Source: Eledone cirrhosa | Lineage: Eukaryota | Reading direction: 5' to 3' | DNA length: 64,000 nt | Assembly: GCA_964016885.1 (NCBI GenBank) | Contig: OZ024741.1 | Coordinates: forward strand, 58,280,001 to 58,344,000 | In this document: positions 1 to 11,350 of the stretch, one piece after another | How positions within the stretch are numbered: position 1 is the first letter of the stretch | Layout: each line of letters starts with the position of its first letter | Position numbers and translations under genes: made by a program | The notes under the pieces: model-generated | The model's database searches: none | What the model was told of the DNA's origin: nothing | Seen by the model: the letters and a program-made list of their open reading frames with translations, nothing else

Positions 1-590
1 TGTTGTCCACTGTGGTCTCCCCACACGAAACAAAGTATCATGAAACTTGAAGCTCCTCAAAGGGCAATCACGAAAAAGATAGATGGCATGTCAGACCTTG
101 ACTACTGGGGTCGACTAGAAAAGCTGAAACTTTACTCACTCCAACGTCGCCGTGAGCGTTATATTATCTGCATGATGTGGAAAATGTTCCATCATCACTG
201 CCCAAATGATGTTGGCATCGCCTTCAAAATACACCCAAGGCGTGGGCCCCGTGCTATCCGTCCCAAACAAAAATCTAAATCGCAACTCATAACAACAATA
301 CGGCACAATTATTTCACCTCAATTGGCCCTGCTCTCTTCAACATCACACCAGGTCACGTCAAAACAGAAACTGACCACACAAAATTCAAGAAGTCTTTCG
401 ACAAATTCCTCCAAGTAATCCCGGACAAACCACCCACACCGGGATATGTCTCCGCAAACAGTAATTCTCTTCTCGAATGGGCCATGGTGCCCAAATCCTG
501 AATTGAAAGACTTCGCCAGGTGGTGCTATTAAGTTAGACATGGCCTGGGCCAATAATGGCCAAAACATTTCAAAGTAATTCAAAGTTACA
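1..590 (+). mobile_element. 3' end of a CR1/L2-group non-LTR retrotransposon (RT C-terminal region, ORF 40-501, short repeat tail)
   Basis: Translation LEAPQRAITK..YWGRLEKLKLYSLQRRRERY..K is the typical post-RT C-terminus of CR1/L2/jockey-group LINEs. It is followed by a short 3'UTR ending in ttcaaagt x2. Confidence 0.75.
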
Positions 591-596
591 TATATA

Positions 597-677
597 TCAT
601 CATCATCATCATCAACGTTTAACGTCCGTGTTCCACGCTTGCATGGGTTTGGACGGGGGTAGTCCCACTTGAGGCAA
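597..677 (-). mobile_element. 3' tip of the young RTE LINE family with (GAT)n tail
   Basis: Close reverse complement of 2660-2741 (cttgcctcaagtggga..ccgtccaaacccatgcaagcgtggaacacggacg..(gat)n). Confidence 0.9.
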
Positions 678-696
678 GTATATATACATATATATT

Positions 697-739
<43 letters not shown>

Positions 740-782
740 TATTTATATTATATATATATATATATATATATACATATATATT

Positions 783-826
<44 letters not shown>

Positions 827-1012
827 TATATATATACATATATATTTATATTATATACATATATATATATTGATATTATATATATACATATATATATATT
901 GATATTATATATATACATATATATATTTATATTACATATATATACATATATATATTTATATTATATATATATACATATATATATTATATATATATATACA
1001 TATATATACATA
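678..1012. repeat. (TA)n-rich microsatellite
   Basis: Directly visible. Confidence 0.98.
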
Positions 1013-2741
1013 TAGCTTTCGTCGACTTGGAGAAAGCCTTCGACAGAGTCCCCCGTTCCATTATCTGGTGGTCTCTTAGAAAACTAGGTGTTGACGAATG
1101 GCTTGTGAGAGCTATACAAGCCATGTATAAAGAAACAGTCAGTAAGGTTAGAATTAACAACGAATATAGTGAAGAGTTTAGCGTAAAAGTTGGTGTCCAT
1201 CAGGGCTCTGTTCTTAGCCCCCTACTATTTATTATTGCCCTTCAGGCTATAACAGAGGAGTTCAAGACCGGCTGCCCATGGGAACTCCTATACGCAGATG
1301 ATCTAACGCTCATAGCTGAATCAATGACCGAACTAGAGAAGAAATTCCAAACATGGAAGCACGGCCTAGAATCAAAAGGCCTTAAAATTAACCTGGCTAA
1401 GACTAAAGTTCTAGTTTGTAGGAAAGAAAATAAGGCGGCGGTCCCATCTGGGAAATGGCCATGCTCAGTGTGTAGGAAAGGCGTAGGTAGAAACTCCATT
1501 TTATGTCCCAAATGCAAAGTATGGGTGCATAAAAGATGTAGTGGGATCACAGGTAAGCTAACTAAGAACATAGATTTTACATGTGGCCGGTGCTCTGGTG
1601 CAATAAGTAGCAGCAAGTGCCCACAAAATACTAGCTCCTTCAACTGCGCAGAGGGTTCTATAGCAATAGTGGACAGCTTCCGTTACCTGGGTGACAAAAT
1701 CAGCAGTAGGGGAGGGTGCTCTGAAAGTACAGTAGCTAGAGTCAGAACTGGATGGAAAAAGTTCAGAGAGCTTATACCACTATTAGCCGCTAGAGGGTTC
1801 TCCCTAAAAATGAAAGGCAGGTTATACGATGCCTGTATACGAACAGCAATGCTGCATGGCAGTGAGACCTGGGCATTGTGTGCAGAGGATATACGCAGAC
1901 TAGAGAGGAACGAAGCTTGCATGCTCCGCTGGATGTGCAATAGTAATATACATGAACGGCAAAGCATAAACGAACTAAGGAAAAAATTAGAAATAAGAGG
2001 GATCAGATGTTGTTTACTCAAGAGAAGGCTACGTTGGTACGGTCACGTGATGCGCATGAAAGACGACAGCTGTATAACAAAGTGCAGGGCAATAAAGATA
2101 GGCGGTAGCTACGGAGTAGTCAGACCCAGAAAAACATGGGACGAGCTGATAAATTCCGACCTCACACGCTTACACCTCTCCAAGACAATGGACCGAGACC
2201 TTTGGCGGTACTCAGTAATAGAGAAGACCCGCCTTACCTAAATACAAAGTAAAAACCTACAACAGTCAGTAGGCATCTCTATCAAAACACACCCCCGTCC
2301 CACCACCTCCACCCCATCCACACCGCCCCTTTCAATGTAAAGTTATGTTGGTCCCACAACATCCAGGCCGAAACAAATGAGATCGTGTAGGTGTCACGAC
2401 AAAAAACACAGTCCACGCTGTAAATGTGGCCGTGTAGGCAACACAGTAAAAACCTCCCAGCCCCACACTGTAAATGTGGTTGGTGTTAGGAAGCGAATCC
2501 AGCTGTAGAAAACCCGCCAGACAGTCCACGCTGTAATGTGGCCGTGTAGGCAACACGGTAAAAACCTCCCAGCCCCACACTGTAAATGTGGTTGGTGTTA
2601 GGAAGGGCATCCAACTGTAGAAAACCCGCCAGATAGTCCTATGCGAGCAAGACAACCACTCTTGCCTCAAGTGGGAAAACCCCCGTCCAAACCCATGCAA
2701 GCGTGGAACACGGACGCTAAACCTGATGATGATGATGATGA
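1013..2741 (+). mobile_element. 5'-truncated RTE-clade LINE, copy 1 (RT ORF 1027-2241 with PHD finger, 3'UTR, (GAT)n tail)
   Basis: RT motifs FVDLEKAFDRV, GVHQGSVLSPLLF, YADD, KTKVL, FRYLG. RTE C-terminus LHGSETW..RRLRWYGHVMRM..RPRKTW. (GAT)n tail at about 2726-2741. Confidence 0.95.
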
Positions 2742-2786
2742 TTTATATATTTATACATATTATATATATACATATTATATATATAC

Positions 2787-2856
<70 letters not shown>

Positions 2857-2900
2857 ATATATACATACATACATATATATATATATACATACATATATAC

Positions 2901-3307
2901 ATGGTGGCTGCCAACTCGTTTTCGAGTACGGCCACTACTTTATATCCATGTAGAAGAACCCCTACCGATGCGCTGAACAAGTGTGACTTTTTAGTCCAGG
3001 CAGCGACTTGAAAACTCTGGTACAAACACTACACTTGTGACAATTATTGACACATAGTGCTGGGCCCATGGTACCATGTGACGACAAGTGCAGAGATCTC
3101 CAGATATAAAGAAATGCCTGTGCTGTTAAGCTTTTATAGTGAGCAAAGGCACTGCACAAAGCCAATCCCACTCTCTTAACCAAGATGATATTTACCAAAA
3201 AAAAGAACAAGTCAACATCATTGGATACCATCAGTGTTGCAGGTGCTATATCAGAGTTTTCCTTCTCCTAGAATTCTGCCTTGACAAAGGCTAAGGGGTC
3301 ATCTCTC
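2901..3307 (-). mobile_element. Short BovB-like RTE derivative: C-terminal C2H2 zinc finger and 3'UTR, joined to a 5'UTR-like segment
   Basis: Minus ORF ends CSVCTRVFKSLPGLKSH..H*, the terminal zinc finger typical of BovB-type RTEs. The other end reads ggcagaattctaggagaaggaaaactctga, which resembles RTE 5'UTRs from memory. Both sides are TA tracts. Confidence 0.5.
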
Positions 3308-3547
3308 ATATATATATGTATATATGTATATATATATATACATATATACATATGCAAAAGTTCTATTTAAAGTTGTTGGGATACAAGTAAATATTTTTAT
3401 AACTGATATAAAGCACTCGACAAATTTTTGGAGTAGATATACGATATTAATAAATGGAAACTATATATACATATATATATACATATATATATATACATAT
3501 GTATATATATATATACATATATATATACATTCATATATATATATACA

Positions 3548-3585
<38 letters not shown>

Positions 3586-3724
3586 TAAATATATATGCAA
3601 AAGTTCTATTTAAAATTGTTGGGATACAAGTAAATATTTTATAACTGATATAAAGCACTCGACAAGTTTTTGGAGTAGATATACGATATTAAATAAATGG
3701 AAACTATATTTATAAAACCATATT

Positions 3725-3789
3725 TATTTCATTATACATATTTCAGGGATACCAAATTAAAATATGGTATGCCTTCATCAGACAAAATA
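3725..3789 (-). ncRNA. Minimal type I hammerhead ribozyme in the inverted pLTR
   Basis: Reverse complement reads UAUUUUGU-CUGAUGA-stem II(AGGCAUACCA..UGGUAUCCCU)-GAAA-UAUGU-AUA-AUGAAAUA. Confidence 0.75.
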
Positions 3790-4356
3790 CAATATATAAA
3801 CAGTTTTATAAATAATTTTGACGTACCCTATTAGATGCAACCATTATTTTTGGAAGCTGTCTGGATAGTGAGATGTTTATAATTATTTTATTAGTTATAG
3901 TGTTAAGCACAGTTAGAAAAAGACGGAGAGAAAGAACGGAGAGAGAGAAGGAGAGAGAAAAAGAAGGAGAGAGAGAAATAGAAAACCTGGAGAAATACCG
4001 GAGAGAGAGAGGAATGTATGCAGAAAAGAAAGATATAAATAGATAGGAGGAAATGAAAAATGCAAAAGAAAGAAAAAATACTATAGTGAACTCTGTTCAA
4101 GAATTTCATCTAATAAAAATATTTTTGAGAAAAAGCGCAGTATTACAATGAAGCTAGAGCAGGATATAGAGATAAAATTAAATACATCGATAATAATAAT
4201 AAGCAAACTAACCAAAATAATAACAATTTTAATTACGGTAACAACTTTAACAACTATAATAGAAAACATTACAATAATTCCAAAAGCCGAAAAAGAAATA
4301 GAACTAGAAATATATTATGGTTTGCCCCCCTTTCTCACTAAATATTAAAACCCATA

Positions 4357-4983
4357 TTGCTAAACTATTCTTTAATGCTCTTGACAAACGCTTCCCTAGA
4401 ACACATAAATATCACTCAATTTTTAATAGACACTATAAAATTAACTTACTCGTCCACCAAAAATTTAGCACAAAATATTAACAGAATTAATAATAGGAAT
4501 TTAAAACCTAACCAAAATACCAATAATAACCCAAACAATATTCAATTAAATAATTGTAACTGTAGAAATAAATCTAACTGTCCGTTAAATAACAAATGCT
4601 TAGCTAAAAATGTAGTGTACAATTGTAATGTTAAAACTAATTTAAATTCTTTCAACTATGTTGGTTCCACCTCGACAGAATTTAAACTTCGCTTCAATAA
4701 TCATAAGAATTCTTTCACAGATCCAAACAAAAAATCCTCAACTTCGCTATCTAGCCTACTCTGGCACCTTAAACGAGATAATGTTAAATATTCGATGATT
4801 TGGAATATTGTCTCAAAAGGTACTCCTTTTAATTCCTCTTCTGAGAGTTGTGATCTTTGTATAGAAGAAATATTCTTTATATTAAAGTCCAAAAATTCCC
4901 TTAATTTAAGGAGCAATTTATTCAGTTGCTGCAGACATAGATTGAACTCAACGTTTAAATATAAATATAAATTTAAAATGTAG
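4357..4983 (+). pseudogene. PLE GIY-YIG endonuclease domain (CxCx5C linker; Naiad-like by recall)
   Basis: IKLTYSS..NL, CNCRNKSNCPLNNKC, VVY..YVGSTSTEFKLRFNNH, SLSSLLWHLK, CDLCIEE, LN.RS.LFSCCRH. The upstream part is frameshifted and the RT core is absent. Confidence 0.88.
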
Positions 4984-6402
4984 TATAATTAATTAAGAAA
5001 TTTAGTTAATATATGAAACCTGACGATAAATCATTAGATTCCTTCACCTTTTTCTTTTTAAACTTTTTTCTTCCTAAATATAAACAAGGATATAATAAAC
5101 TACTTTAAAATGTATATGCTCCCAATGTATTAAATAAAATTTACGTAAGATAAATTTCTATAGTAAATATAAGGGCATCCGTAGAATCACTGGGTCTTCT
5201 AAATCTTTTAAATTATTTTTATTTTTTTTATTTGTTTTTGACTCTGATAGCTTCTAATAACTTTCATATGTCTACCCTTGCAATATCTTGTTTGAGATAT
5301 AGGTAGGATAGATTTCTATAATAAATATATAAAACATATTATTTTAACTTGAGATACTCTATAGTGTTTTAAAGATATTTAATGCTTTGATATTTCTATA
5401 TTAATATATTGATATTTGATTATCTCTATACAAAGGCCATATATGTGTATTAACATGCATATAAAAGGTTTATAGGGTTTATTTATGTGTTCGTATATAT
5501 GTCTGTATATATGCATAACGATGCTGGAAAACTCTCGCAGATATTTATTTATACATATGTATGTGTATGTATGGTTGTGTGTGTATATGTTGATGTGTGT
5601 TGCAGATATGCATAATATTAAATACATGAACGGTAATCATATATATGAGGACATGAATATTAATCGTATTTTTATGTATATATACTGTGAAATTTTTATA
5701 ACACAAGAAATGTATAGAAGTGATCAAGTGAAATCATTTGTGTGTCTATATTATTGACTGGAGTAGACATAATTTCTCTTTTTTCAGGACGTACATATGC
5801 GTGTATATATATATACATATGTGTATCCGTATTTTTATAAATAGGGTATTTTTTTAAGGTTTTAACTCAGATTTTGGTATATTGACCTCAAGGTTTTAAA
5901 CTAAACATATGGTCATTATTGAACAATGTTATTTTCTCATATTATATATCTATGTCCCATTCATGAATATTGATATTTACATTTTTATTATTCATTTCAT
6001 ATGAATTGTTAACTCAACTTAATATGACATGACGTAAAGTTGTCACTATATCCTCCTCTCTCTATATAGTATTTCCTCTCTTGAGTTTCTCTATCTGTAT
6101 GATGAATTATTATCTCTCTGTTGCTTTCTTTTGTTTTTCTTATTTCTTCCTTTTTTCTTTCTTTTTCATTACCTCCTATCTATTTATATCTTTCTTTTCT
6201 GCATACATTCCTCTCTCTCTCCGGTATTTCTCCAGGTTTTCTTTTTCTCTCTCCGTTCTTTCTCTCCGTCTTTTTCTAACTGTGCTTAACACTATAACTA
6301 ATAAAATAATTATAAACATCTCACTATCCAGACAGCTTCCAAAAATAATGGTTGCATCTAATAGGGTACGTCAAAATTATTTATAAAACTGTTTACATAT
6401 TG

Positions 6403-6467
6403 TATTTTGTCTGATGAAGGCATACCATATTTTAATTTGGTATCCTTGAAATATGTATAATGAAATA
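6403..6467 (+). ncRNA. Minimal type I hammerhead ribozyme in the pLTR
   Basis: Stem I tattttgt/atgaaata; CTGATGA at 6411-6417; stem II atacca/tggtat; GAAA at 6448-6451; self-complementary helix III AUAUGUAU; AUA cleavage triplet. Confidence 0.78.
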
Positions 6468-6528
6468 AATATGGTTTTATAAATATAGTTTCCATTTATT
6501 TAATATCGTATATAAATATATATGTATG

Positions 6529-6579
6529 TATCATCATCATCATCATCGTTTAACGTCCATCTTCCATGGGTTTGGACGG
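6529..6579 (-). mobile_element. RTE 3' tip
   Basis: (cat)n-cgtttaacgtccatcttcca-tgggtttggacgg matches the reverse complement of the RTE 3' end. Confidence 0.8.
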
Positions 6580-7139
6580 TATATATATATTTATACATAT
6601 ATATATACATACATATATAAATATATATGTATGTATATATATTTATACATATATATATACATATATGTATATATAAATATATACATATCTTCTCTTCATT
6701 TCATCCTGCACTCACGGACGCTATTTTTTCTCTCTCTGCTCAATGGCCTTCGTTCGTGCTGGCACTATTCTCTAAGCGCTCATATATTCACCTAGCTTAC
6801 GCTAAACAGAATAATTTTTGAAGCTTGTTTCTCCCCCACGGTATGCTATATTTTCTGTTGTTCTCCTGTCTCACTCGCTTTACGCGTTTTAATTGTCCTA
6901 ATAACTTATTTTGGTTATTATTGCACCGAAGTGAGATATATGATTTTTAATGCAATGAAATATCTATGATCTTCGGCAAATCACTGATGAGGGACGTATT
7001 TTATTACATGTTACCATGTGCTACCTGCAGTATTTTTCTCTATAAATATATACATATATAAATATATATGTATGTATATATATTTATACATATATATATA
7101 CATACATATATATATACATATATACATATATATATATAT

Positions 7140-7400
7140 ATGTAGAAGTTATATTTAAATTGTTGGGATACAACAAGCAAATATTTTTATAACTGATATA
7201 AAGCACTCAACAAATTATTGGAGCTTCCAACAGAAATAGTCGCTTTCTTTAAGGGTATGTCAATATTTATTTATAAAACTGATCTATATTATATTTTATC
7301 TGATGAAAGCACACCATAATTTGACTTGGTGTCCTTGAAATATGTATAATGAAATAAATATGATTTTATAAATAGTTTCCATTTGTTAATATATCATATA
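7140..7400 (+). mobile_element. Diverged solo PLE pLTR copy
   Basis: Combines the 3341-type segment (gttgggatacaa..actgatataaagcactc) with the 6345-6510-type segment. Confidence 0.8.
7292..7356 (+). ncRNA. Minimal type I hammerhead ribozyme, diverged copy
   Basis: tattttat-CTGATGA-aagcacacca..tggtgtcctt-GAAA-tatgtata-atgaaata. Compensatory stem II change (acacca/tggtgt). Confidence 0.78.
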
Positions 7401-7407
7401 TATATTT

Positions 7408-8120
7408 GTTATAGCTCTGGTTCATCTGAATCATTGAGCACTTGCCACACATCTCGGAGGTTGTTTTTCGTTATTTCGTGGGCGGAAATGCGATTCTCGA
7501 TAATTTATGTTTGTATTAATCTCCAGACTCTAGCTATTGACCAGTTAATTTTCTTGATTTTTTTAGTTGATTCTATTGACTGATGAATAGCTTATGTTAA
7601 TTTTAACCCTTCTGTTGAGAACTCTATTCGATTTGTGATGTTTTTGCATTCTTGCAAAAATATACACAACTGAATTCATTCGCCTGATATAGGGGTTGCC
7701 ACCCTTGCCGATCCCCACGTGGGGTCAGCAATAGTCAGTCCTTGTATTAACATTGAACTAAAACCTGTTGAGAAAGTGGCTTCCTTGTTCAATCATCTTA
7801 CCAGAAGCCTAACATTATTTATGTAAGCGGACAGTACTTGATTTAGGAGCCGCAGAAACCCAAATAATGGATTTTACTAACCTTCCAGGGGTCCGGTAAA
7901 TTTTCAATAACAGATATTTTTCATTTGTTTGACCCGAATTACCTGATCGCTTTTTTCGCTATGCGAATGATTGTTTAACCATCGTCTCAGTGTGTTTGGC
8001 CTTTAACGTTTGTTATAGCTCTGGTTCATCTGAATCATTGAGCACTTGCCACACATTTCGGAGGTTGTTTTTCCTTATTTCGTGGGCCGAAATGCGATTC
8101 TCGATAATTTATGTTTGTAT
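7408..8120. repeat. Segment bounded by ~110-bp direct repeats (7408-7517 and 8012-8120), probably another PLE-type fragment
   Basis: gttatagctctggttcatctgaatcattgagcacttgccacac..gataatttatgtttgtat occurs twice. The segment is flanked by TA tracts. Confidence 0.6.
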
Positions 8121-9108
8121 ATATATATATACATACATATATATATATATACATACATATATGTATATACATACATCTATATATACATACATATATACAT
8201 ACATCTATATATACATACATCTATATATACATACATCTATATATACATACATACATATATACATATATATATACATACATATATACATACATATATATAT
8301 ACATATATACATATATACATACATATATACATACATATACATATATACATACATATACATATATACATATGCATACACATACATACATACACATACATAC
8401 ATACACACATATATATACACATACATACATATATATATACATACACATACATATACATACACATACACATACATATATATATACATACACATACATATAC
8501 ATACATATATATATACATACACATACATACATATATATATATACATACACATACATATACATACATATACATATATATACATACATACACATACATATAT
8601 ACATACACATACATATATATATATATACACATACATATACATATATATATATATACATACATACACATACATATATATATACATACACATACATATACAT
8701 ACATATATATATATATATACATACATACACATTTATATATATATATACATACATACGCATATATATATACATACATATACATACATATATATATATACAT
8801 ACATATACATACATATATATATATACATATATGTACATACATACACATACATATATATATATACATACACATACATATATACATACACATACATATATAT
8901 ATATACATACATATACATACATATATATATACATACACATATATATATATATACTCATATATACTTATACATATACACACACATATATATATACACATAC
9001 ATATATATACATATATATATACACATACATATATATATACTTATACATATACACATACATATATATACTCATACTTATACACATACATATATATACTCAT
9101 ACTTATAC

Positions 9109-9174
<66 letters not shown>

Positions 9175-9213
9175 ATAGATACATATACACATATATATAT
9201 GTGTGTGTGTGTG
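8118..9213. repeat. Compound (TA)/(TACA)/(CATA) microsatellite, ~1.1 kb
   Basis: Directly visible. Confidence 0.98.
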
Positions 9214-9589
9214 ACTTTCTCCCTAGCTCGTAAATTTGAGATAGTGAAATATCTGAAGATTTAAAATAAAAAAAAGAGAGAATGTTTTAGTAACTCCCAG
9301 TGCAAATAGAATTATACATCAATTTTTTACATTTTGTGAAAAACATTTTTCATGTTAGAAGCATATATACAAATAAAGCAATACCATATATACTCTTGTA
9401 TAAATTACATTTATTTTTTTTACAAAATTATGACATAAAAAGCAAATGTGTGACTTTTTTTTTTATAAATGAACAGACATTTTATTTTACAAAGCTGTTT
9501 ATATAAAAACAAAACACTATGAAAAGGAACAAAAAAGAAAAAAGATAAAAGAAAAAAAGCAACAAGCAATGAAAGGAACTGAAGGAGAG

Positions 9590-9990
9590 GGACAGACATT
9601 ACACCCCAGTCTGACCAGTGCCCCACAGACAAAATGGCAAAGGTGTTCCTGTGGAGAATGGCCAGAGACACCTGCTGCAACAGCCACCCTTCCTCAAGCC
9701 AGTTACTACCTTTCTGATTTCATGGAGAACATCAGCAAAGTGGGGACCAAGGACCGAGTGTCTTGATGAAGACTGGTACAAAGAAGAAGCAGGTGGTCAG
9801 GCCCCAGTATTTAACTACCTCCTTCTCTGCATTGCGAGTAGCTGAGCCTAGGTTTGTGACCAAAGCAACAAAGTTGTAGCTGGAGAACAAGTAGCAGCAC
9901 ATCATGTCCCAAATTAGGGATTTGCCTCCCCGAAAAGGGAAGAGGGTTAATCCATCGGAGTGGTTGCCATCGCCACGTTCAAGATTAGCT
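9590..9990 (+). mobile_element. Degenerate LINE C-terminal fragment (L1/Tx1-like zinc-binding region)
   Basis: GC-richer coding-like patch with a C-x-C..ET motif (RCSCGEWPET). A loosely similar patch lies on the minus strand at about 13110-13410. Broken frames. Confidence 0.3.
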
Positions 9991-11124
9991 GGCTCCAACT
10001 GTGATGAGAAACTGGCTGTGTCAATGCTTCTTCTGATGCCATTCAGAGCAGAATATCGGTGGAGCCAGCAAGAAATATTTAATTCAAAGCATGGTTCATT
10101 GTAAATGTTGTATATAAAATTGAGGTGTGACTTAGATATGAGTACATAGGATATATATAGGTACCGTTTAAGTTTTCAATCATATTTAGCTTGTATGAAA
10201 CTGTATCATTTAAATATAACATAAAAATCTTAACCTTTATATATCTAAATATATCATCATCATTACTATTAAATGTCTATTTTCTTTGCTAGCAGAGGTT
10301 AGATGCACTGTCGAAAAGGCTAGACAGGTCAGGTGACTCCATGTTCATATGCTGTTTTTGGTTTGGTTTTCTACGACAGGATGCCTTAACACTTTACAGT
10401 GTGTACTTGGAGCATTTTATCGTGACTCTGACACAACTTTACATGGTCAACAGTTTTTTGTTATGACACCAACGCTACTGCCTTACAATGCACATTAGGT
10501 ATTTTTCTTTGTGGCACCAGCATTACCACCTTGCAGTACAGAGTGGGTGCTTTTTGGCATTGGCACCAGCACTACCACCATACATATATATTTGAGATGT
10601 AGTGATCTCAATAAACATGACTATAATAATAGTCGATCACTATCAATAATAGTTGATAAACCCAGACTACCCCTAGAGATAGAAAAAAGTAGATTGAGGT
10701 GCTTGCAAGGAATTGTATCCTGCATCTCTAAGATGCCAAGAAAATGCATTAACCATTATTACACTAGAATCCCTGGCCATCAATCACTGGTTTTTAGAAG
10801 ATTTTAACCTGTAGCAAGTGTGAACTTAAGAAACATTAGTAAAATTTGAAATATAGTTGTCCTAATGTGAATGAGTATAACAATAATCAATCACTAGGAA
10901 CAATAGTTGAGAAAATCAGGTTTATATACTTGTGTTTAAGTTGTACCTTTTTCTCCTCATGAAAAACCAGTATGTGACTGATTTACCTATTGAACCTACT
11001 ATATGGTACAATGTAAATGTATGTAAAATGGAGGTGTGACATACACAGGTATATAGCATGACTGGATTTTTATTTCAAATAAAGATAGGGAATAAACAAA
11101 AATAATTGTGAGTGTTTTGATGTG

Positions 11125-11350
11125 ATTTCTAGGGGCTTTGTAGGGCACTAGTTCAACAAGTTCATGAGCTGATTGGGCTTTACAGGTGTGGAGAAAAGAG
11201 CCATTTGATCTGTGAGAGAAGCCGCCAGGTAGCTGGTTGCTACTGAGACACACATCAGAGCTTGATCAACCCTGGCTAAGTAGTGTAAAGTTGAAATATA
11301 TGAAACGCCCAATGACACCAGATCACAACACTGATGATGTGCCCAGATCA
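11125..11350 (+). mobile_element. 3' end of an RLE-type (HERO/NeSL-like) non-LTR element, degenerate
   Basis: Frameshifted RGFVG..GFTGVEKRAI.SVREAA resembles the RLE C-terminus, followed by a short 3'UTR. Confidence 0.35.

Larger units (their letters stand above)
3341..6512 (+). mobile_element. 5'-truncated Penelope-like element (PLE) with inverted pseudo-LTRs
   Basis: About 3680-4062 is the reverse complement of about 6162-6512. Between them lie frameshifted RT-thumb/linker sequence (RISSNKNIF..; RNILWFAP..; LDKRFPRTHKYHSIFNR) and a GIY-YIG ORF. The terminal segment 3341-3465 is repeated at 3593-3710. Confidence 0.85.

Noticed and set aside
1242-2021. Antisense ORFs over RTE copies (also 47164-48105 and 61003-61332)
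   Set aside because: Shadows of the RT reading frame, repeated only because the element is repeated.
5010-5045. SECIS or hammerhead after the GIY-YIG stop (atgaaacctgacgataaa)
   Set aside because: Spacing too short for SECIS, no in-frame TGA in the ORF, and no GAAA/helix partners for CTGACGA.
7990-9264. Long Y/I/H/T-rich ORFs (also 23415-24813, 25331-27077, 60473-60928, 669-902)
   Set aside because: Translations of TA/CA microsatellites that lack stop codons; not genes.
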